Origin: a virus | Taxonomy: Duplodnaviria; Caudoviricetes | Strand: one strand, 5' to 3' | Virus record (IMG/VR): IMGVR_UViG_3300024331_000096 | Coordinates: 1 to 51,105 of that record | Length of the DNA: 51,105 nt | In this document: positions 50,695 through 51,105 of the stretch, in pieces | Layout of the letters: each line of letters opens with the position of its first letter | Numbering within the stretch: position 1 is the first letter of the stretch | Translations under genes and position numbers: made by a program | The notes under the pieces: generated by a model | Told to the model about the DNA's origin: nothing | Databases searched by the model: none | The model's input: the letters and a program-made list of their open reading frames with translations, nothing else

Positions 50695-50715
50695 GATCGG
50701 CGGGGTGGTCTGCAG

Positions 50716-50997
50716 CTACCAGGACTCATCCAGACTGAGCATCCCGTCGGCGAGGTTATGCGCTTGATAGGGGCTGAGGCCGAGCTCCTTTGCCTTCTCA
50801 TGGATAGCGCTGTAGCCAGCGTCGTAACAAGCTCTCCGAAGATCTGCCGTGCTGATCACCGGCGTCTCCTCTTCCGCCTGTGTCGCTAGTTCAGCAGTTC
50901 TGGAGATGACCCAGCGCATTGCGTGGGTCGGATTGCCCTGGAAGTTGAGATCTGAGTTGGTACTAATCTCGTCTAGCATGCGCTGCACGATGTCCAT
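50716..50997 (-). CDS. Hypothetical protein, last gene of a convergent leftward unit
   Basis: GAGG RBS; helical pattern. Confidence 0.6.
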   Translation of the reverse strand: MDIVQRMLDEISTNSDLNFQGNPTHAMRWVISRTAELATQAEEETPVISTADLRRACYDAGYSAIHEKAKELGLSPYQAHNLADGMLSLDESW

Positions 50998-51031
50998 GGT
51001 CTTTCCTCTCTTAGATGCGAAAAATGAGGAA

Positions 51032-51057
51032 GCCCGGCAGGTGCGGGCCTGCCGGGC
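51032..51057 (-). terminator. Rho-independent terminator (leftward)
   Basis: GCCCGGCAGG/CCTGCCGGGC 10-bp stem followed on the minus strand by TTCCTCATTTTT. Confidence 0.65.
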
Positions 51058-51105
51058 CTCCCTGCTCCGACTGCCCTAACTCAGCCGGAACGATCGGTCA
51101 GGTCG

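Noticed and set aside
1-51105. Prophage with integrase, att sites or host flanks
   Set aside because: No integrase, repressor or bacterial housekeeping genes seen; lifestyle cannot be determined from this window

Overview
The window is a large part of a tailed (siphovirus-type) actinobacteriophage genome; the host assignment is inferred from high GC, HrdB/SigA-type promoters, a DUF1906 lysin and a transglycosylase-tipped tape measure. Region 1-14.7 kb is a leftward early arm of mostly tiny genes plus a SNF2 helicase, a GREB1/TAGT-type glycosyltransferase, two SAM methyltransferases, a cupin, a RuvC-like nuclease, and DUF6011 and DUF2786 proteins. Region 14.9-17.0 kb holds a Prim-Pol/RepA-helicase fusion followed by a TGTTACA iteron cluster (probable origin). 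Region 17.3-21.0 kb is a regulatory island of short promoter-led cassettes. Region 21.1-50.7 kb is the rightward late arm: terminase, HK97 portal, ClpP protease, capsid, decoration proteins, neck, a glycosyltransferase inside the tail genes, two tail-tube paralogues, a frameshifted chaperone, tape measure, a large tail-tip protein, lysin, and an extra module after lysis. No integrase, repressor, DNA polymerase, tRNA or CRISPR array was seen, so the genome is probably incomplete here. The most unusual signals are: (i) a 10-bp site GAC(A/C)ACCCCG found 14 times by eye and nearly absent from the late arm, together with a TCTCAAG motif, a start-associated GGCGAGATCATG motif and long hairpin leaders, which may form an undescribed early-gene control layer; (ii) candidate DNA and virion glycosylation/methylation enzymes; (iii) an 886-aa protein with about 660 aa of Arg/Pro-rich shuffled repeats; (iv) unannotated microproteins (metallothionein-like, Trp-rich, a tandem paralogue array); (v) a GATC-free zone encoding a histone-like protein. 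All family calls come from motifs recognised by eye, not database searches.
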